A stretch of 64,000 nt of DNA from Zygnema circumcarinatum SAG 698-1b (taxonomy: Eukaryota > Plantae > Zygnematophyceae), in contig CM074822.1 of the NCBI GenBank assembly GCA_037447605.1, positions 1,883,492-1,947,491 of the forward strand. Reading direction: 5' to 3'. The position numbers and the translations under genes were made by a program. Shown here piece by piece: positions 59,263 to 64,000 of the stretch (the first letter of the stretch is position 1; every line of letters starts with the position of its first letter). A model generated the notes under the pieces. It did not search any database. It saw only the letters and a list, made by a program, of their open reading frames with translations, and had not been told where the DNA came from.

Positions 59263-59736
59263 GGCGGCGCCCCACTTCCCTCAGTCAGCGGCCGGCGGGC
59301 AGCGAGGCTCTCCTCTCTTCTCCTCTCCTCTCCCAAGAAGGAAGGCGCTCGCCTCGCCTCGCCTCGCCTCGCCTCGCCTGGCCTGCTCGCGGCCATGGCC
59401 GCCGCGCCGCGCCCTAATGCCCGGAGGCGCGCGCAGCGACGTGGCGGCGTCGCGCCACGTGGCGCCAGTCGTGGAGGCGCCGACGGGCCGCAGGAGCGGG
59501 GGCTGTCCGTACGGACGGCCAGTTTCGGTCTGCAGGCCCAGGCCACGGCGGAGAGCGTATCTAAGTATCGTATTGACTATGTTAAATAACATCGTATTGA
59601 GAATCGAGCAGAACATTCGTATCGAGAATCGTACAAAATTATCGTTTTGTATCGTATTCGAATTTTGGAAATATTCCCCAGTCCCAGCCATAGGACTCGG
59701 CCTCGTAGCGTCCGTACCGTCCGCGCGGTGGCGTTA

Positions 59737-61331
59737 CAGTAGGACCCCATCATATTTTCCACATCAACATTTGCGTCACCGATAAATTCGCACCAATTTT
59801 GCCGAAACCATTTTTTGTACGGTAACTTCGTGTTAGCCGTACAACTCGTACAATTCGTACAATTCGTACTAACCGTACTAGCCGTACTAGCTGTACTAGC
59901 CGTCACGGGCTGACGCAAAACTCACCGATGTAGCGTAGTGGAGCTGCGCTCGACGGATCCGCGTCAGTTCAGTTGTACTTGATATATGCCTCTTCAGAAT
60001 CACGGATCAGCAGAATCCAGGAGCTGCCAACGGAGGATGCAAGAAGGCAGTACCATGTGTTGGCGGCCCACGGAACAGCACATCATCCAGCAAGGCGCAC
60101 TCGGAGCGCCGCAATTTGCCGCCGATAGTTGTTAGTTGACCTATCATAAGGCTCCACATCGTCAGCCAGGCCACTCAGTGGTCAGTTGGCCAATCAGAGA
60201 CTGTCACTACTAAGACTCAGGATTTACTGTCAGAGATAGATAGATGGGATGTCAGTGATGCTAGTTTGTCTTTTAGTGCTGGGCTTAGTATTTGTATTTG
60301 CTGTGTGGTTTGTTGTCCTGTTCTTCTTTTCTTCCTCTCAAGCTCCAGCAACAGATGCTAGTACGAGAGAGAAAGAGTTCCACTGCAGAGAGAGAGAGAG
60401 AGAGAGTCTTCTTGCTGATAGCATTTAGACATCCAATTCAGCCCAGCCAGACAAGCATTTCAGTGAGAAGACACTTATATTGTAATGAGAATCCCCAGCC
60501 AACCGCTGGCTGGGGTAAGTTTCCAAGACACACCCTTTTTCTAAGCTGACCTTTGCTGTCTCTATGCCAAGCTCCAAAGTTGCTTTATCCTGCCTTCCAT
60601 TCCTCCCAATGACCGATGATAACTAGGAGCCTAGCAAAGAGAATAGCTGAAGAGAGAACAGAAGAAGAGAACCCCCAGGGAAGGGCTCTTTGCGTATCGA
60701 GTCCGGCCGCCGGCGGGAACATCTTCAGGATCCCTACGTCTTCCGCTGCGCGTACCTCTGAATCCCCCGGTTCGTGGCTCTATACTGCAGGCAGACCCAC
60801 AGCCCCAATCCAACCCTTCATTAGTTTTAGTATAGATGCACTAGTTGCCGTACAGCACCTTCAGCTAGATCAGCAGTCTCCTCTTAACTCCACTTATCTT
60901 GTGCTACACCAATTCTCCCCGCACGTGCCGCCGTCAGAGGCGCTCGCTCTTCTCCCCTTCTTCTTGGCTTCGATACGATACGGTACGGTACGATACGATA
61001 CGATATGATACAATACGAAACTCCCCAATACGGTACTATCCGTACTAGCCATACGAGCTGTAGTAGCCGTTACGGGCTCGAATTTAAACTCTTCGATTTT
61101 TCCCGCCCTTGTCGCCGCAAGAGGCCACCATAGTGTCAGTTGCCACGATACGATACGGTACGGCGCGATACGATATATCACCAAGCGATACGATACAATA
61201 CGTACGGACGTACATAAACTCTAACGTAATACCGTCCGTCTATTGGTAACACAGACCTGATATTTGCCAAAAACAATATTTTCGCCGGATTTTCGCGAAA
61301 CCCAGGTGGAAAATATGATGGGGTCCTACTG
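59737..61331 (+). mobile_element. MITE family M, copy M3 (1595 bp), carrying a solo LTR and an internal duplication
   Basis: Matching TIRs CAGTAGGACCCCATCATATTTTCCAC at 59737 and (reverse) ending 61331; TA flanks at 59735-36 and 61332-33. Confidence 0.87.
59929..60908 (+). mobile_element. Solo LTR (980 bp)
   Basis: Termini TGTAGC...GCTACA (TG..CA with a 6-bp inverted repeat); flanks ccga/ccaa form a 4-bp TSD with one mismatch; the homologous site in M4 (aaccgaatcttcccgcacgtg) is empty. Confidence 0.82.
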
Positions 61332-61333
61332 TA

Positions 61334-61794
61334 CAGTGGGGGGTCCTCGTATTTTCCACCCTGTACAGTGCGCTCCCAAGAAATTCGCCCCGATTTTGCC
61401 GAAACCACCTTTTTGTACGGTAACTCAGTGTTACCCGTACTACTTGTACTATTCGTACTATTCGTACCGACCGTACTATCCGTACTTGTTGTACTAGCCG
61501 TTACGGGCTTAAGCAAAACAAACCGAATCTTCCCGCACGTGCCGCCGTAAGTGGCGCTCGCTCCTCTCCCCTTCATCTTGGCTTCGATACGACACAATAC
61601 GATACGACACTACACGATACGTTACGATACGTAACGATATGATACGGTATTAGACGATACGATATGTACGGACAAACATGAACTCTAACATAACACCGCC
61701 CGCCTATTGATAATACGAACCTTATATTTGCAAAATCAATATTTTCGCCCCTTTTTGGCCAATACCATGGCGAAAATATGAGGATCCCCCACTG
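61334..61794 (+). mobile_element. MITE family M, copy M4 (461 bp)
   Basis: TIRs cagtggggggtcctcgtattttcc / cagtgggggatcctcatattttcg; TA at 61332-33 (shared with M3) and 61795-96. Confidence 0.88.
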
Positions 61795-62004
61795 TAGTGC
61801 GTTACGGCGTGGCCCAGAGGGACGTGCGGACGGCGGCTCCCAGCCGGGGGGGCTCGCGTCATCGCAGGAGATGAATAATCGCACACCACCAGCACCACCA
61901 CCAGCAGCAGCAGCAGGACACGCGGACCAACGGTTGGTTCAGGCTCCCTCCGCGCGATGTGATGTGATGTGATGTGATGTGATGTGCTGCTACCGCACAT
62001 CGAT

Positions 62005-62197
62005 CGATCGGTGACCTTCGCGGCTGCTTCGAGCAAAGGAGGGAGGGCTTGAAGCGGTGTTGAGCCTGGGCGTAGCTTCGCGCTCCCTAGCTTGTTTCTG
62101 TTGTCCGTAGGTCTTTGGCGGCCAGTTCCTCGTGGTTTCCCATGATGGTTTTGCCCATGTACATTTGATGGCTTCATCGCCATGCGCGAGGTCAATG
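62005..62197 (-). repeat. Dispersed repeat family C, copy 4
   Basis: Reverse complement aligns with 26302-26520; preceded by (GATGT)n at ~61955-61985. Confidence 0.8.
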
Positions 62198-62899
62198 CCA
62201 TTTTCCCAGTATTCTGTCGAAGCTGATTTGCAGGCGCACGGTGCTTGTCGTGCGGCGATTCTCCTCCGTCACCTGCTCCCTTTCGCTCTCTCTTCCGAGA
62301 AAAAAATAATATGCGTTGAAATTTTGTTGGTTATTTCTGCTCCCTAAAAGTGATTTGGATCACACAAGATCACGCCATCTAAAGGCACAAGGACAAAGAC
62401 AATACGTAGAATCAATGTGAACCAGTCACAGATGATTTTTTATGCTATATTTCGTAGCATATTTGGACATGCCGGCGTATCAAGGAAGTCGAGCCAAAGT
62501 ACAAATTCAGCGCATTTTCAAAGACACCAAACTCCGTATTCGAGAACACTGGTTCAACCAGGAGACCTGGCTGGATATGACCCTCCTTCGTAGGAGTTTC
62601 AAATGTCAATGTAGCGCATTCACAAGTGTGGGTTCCACGATATTGGGAATCATTCAGACGATGGAGCCGTCTGACCTAGATTTTAGCCGTACAAGATTTC
62701 AATTGGTGACGAGATAGATATTCAAGTGAAGAAGGAATGGATATTTGCTGTTCAAGGTGGTTGAATGGTTGAATTCGACTTGGTGATGAGATGCTGACTG
62801 CGGAATTATTGAGACGTTGAGACGTTCAACTTTTCTAAAGGTCAGTTTAGAATTGGTAAAAGGTAATGGCAATCACCAATTAAAATGGCAACCCATTCC

Positions 62900-63450
62900 A
62901 AACCTTTGAACTGGATTGTATTTGTAGAAAAAAAAAATAGCCAGCATGTACAAATGCTCAAACTGGTTAGCTCTCCTGTGCATACTTCCGTTCCGTTAAG
63001 TAAACGGTACCGCATGGCCGTTGCACGGCAGAGAGCAAAGTAAGACCTGCAGCACATGGCAGACGAACTCCGCACTCCTACAGTAGAGTACACAGGCCGG
63101 CTCAGAGACCAATGCTGGCCGATCATATCACAGAAGAACTGCGACTTGGCTGTTCCGAGCCGCGACAGGGTCCACGACCACCAGAGTTCCCCAAAAGCTT
63201 CTCATCCATTCATGCACTCAGCTCGCGAGGGTTTGAGACATTTTCAAAGCCACAGTACACGTGCCATGGTTTGCATCGCAGAGGTCCCTTGCATACGCCA
63301 CACTGGTACACAGGTGACAGCCCCTTTTCGCAGAGAACAGCGGGCGTTGGCACACCACGCAGAATGCATCTCATCAGGCGGACAGCCAATGCCCGGACAG
63401 TAGATAAGCAAAGCCGCAACATAGCAAGACAAGGCTTTTACAATCATTTC
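62900..63450 (-). mobile_element. Possible degraded non-LTR (L1-like) retrotransposon 3' fragment
   Basis: Frame 63210..63422 reads RCILRGVPTPAVLCEKGLSPVYQCGVCK, loosely like the zf-RVT region after RT (W.lh.glPT...L...G......C..C); no RT motifs seen; stops nearby. Confidence 0.25.
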
Positions 63451-64000
63451 ATTTATGGGAGTCGCCCGCATTACAATTTTCCCGATGTCCGCACTGGGTT
63501 TGCTAAAGCCTCTTCCCCCCCCCCCCCCCCCCCCCCCCNNNNNNNNNNCTTCCCCCCCCCCCCCCCGACCTTGACCTTGAAGGAGACCTTGCTGCCCCTC
63601 ACTAGAACAAACACAGCCGCCAGTTGTTGTGGCCTTGCCATTCCGCAGGTGCCAGGACGCCAGCGGCAATGTGATTTGACAGCATGCCCTCGGAATATCA
63701 GCAGAAAGCGAGTGAGAGTTCAACGGCTGCAAACGGCTCGTTAATTCCTGAATCCTTATGAACTTCACATGCTTGTCAGCTGCAGCTCAAACCACGAAAA
63801 TCCTAGAGCGAATGGCAATTGACATGACAACGAACTTATTCCTTCACAATATAAAATCATGTGAACACGGGAATGTATAAAATACAAACATGCAGAATGA
63901 AAACGTGAGACACCGAATCAGGCAGACCTACCCCTATCAGTGACAAGCGCGATGAAGCAAGCTGACAAAGCTGATCGCTAAATCAACAGGCATGACTCTT

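Noticed and set aside
59820-59910. Regularly spaced GTAC-containing repeats (also 61430-61500 and the 32-bp units at 27063) as a CRISPR-like array
   Set aside because: No unique spacers, no cas genes, eukaryotic context; they are MITE-internal or plain tandem repeats.
62442-62717. 91-aa ORF near the right edge
   Set aside because: No recognisable motif or splice-linked partner; may be transposon debris.

Overview
Eukaryotic nuclear DNA from an intron-rich green plant lineage. It is most consistent with a streptophyte alga (inference from the plastid rps14/rbcL type, ELF3, and GT-AG introns with GC-rich gene ends). It is a draft assembly with seven N gaps: 13057-13066, 25904-25913, 29760-29859, 43115-43124, 44462-44471, 48027-48036 and 63539-63548. 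Genes reconstructed by hand from exon homology and splice phases: ARC6 (-, runs off the left edge), head-to-head with GWT1/PIG-W (+); an intronless orphan ending in a DLDLDLRL EAR repressor motif (+); UBR7 (-) with tRNA-Gln(UUG) just upstream; ALB3 (-); a spliced stand-alone PAS-domain gene invisible in the ORF track (+); chloroplast ClpC (-); a damaged TTC38-like gene (-) with one exon cut by plastid DNA (rbcL 3' end, stem-loop, rps14, repeated); ELF3 (+); and an intronless UDP-glycosyltransferase with animal-type ER-membrane architecture (-). Intergenic DNA holds a pogo/Tc1-mariner-like MITE family (TA target sites), a solo LTR nested in one MITE, long inverted repeats, a dispersed repeat family and several micro/minisatellites. 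The best candidates for something undescribed are the PAS-only protein, the animal-type UGT, the EAR orphan, the plastid insertion in TTC38 and the MITE/LTR composite. All assignments rest on remembered family motifs; no database search was run.
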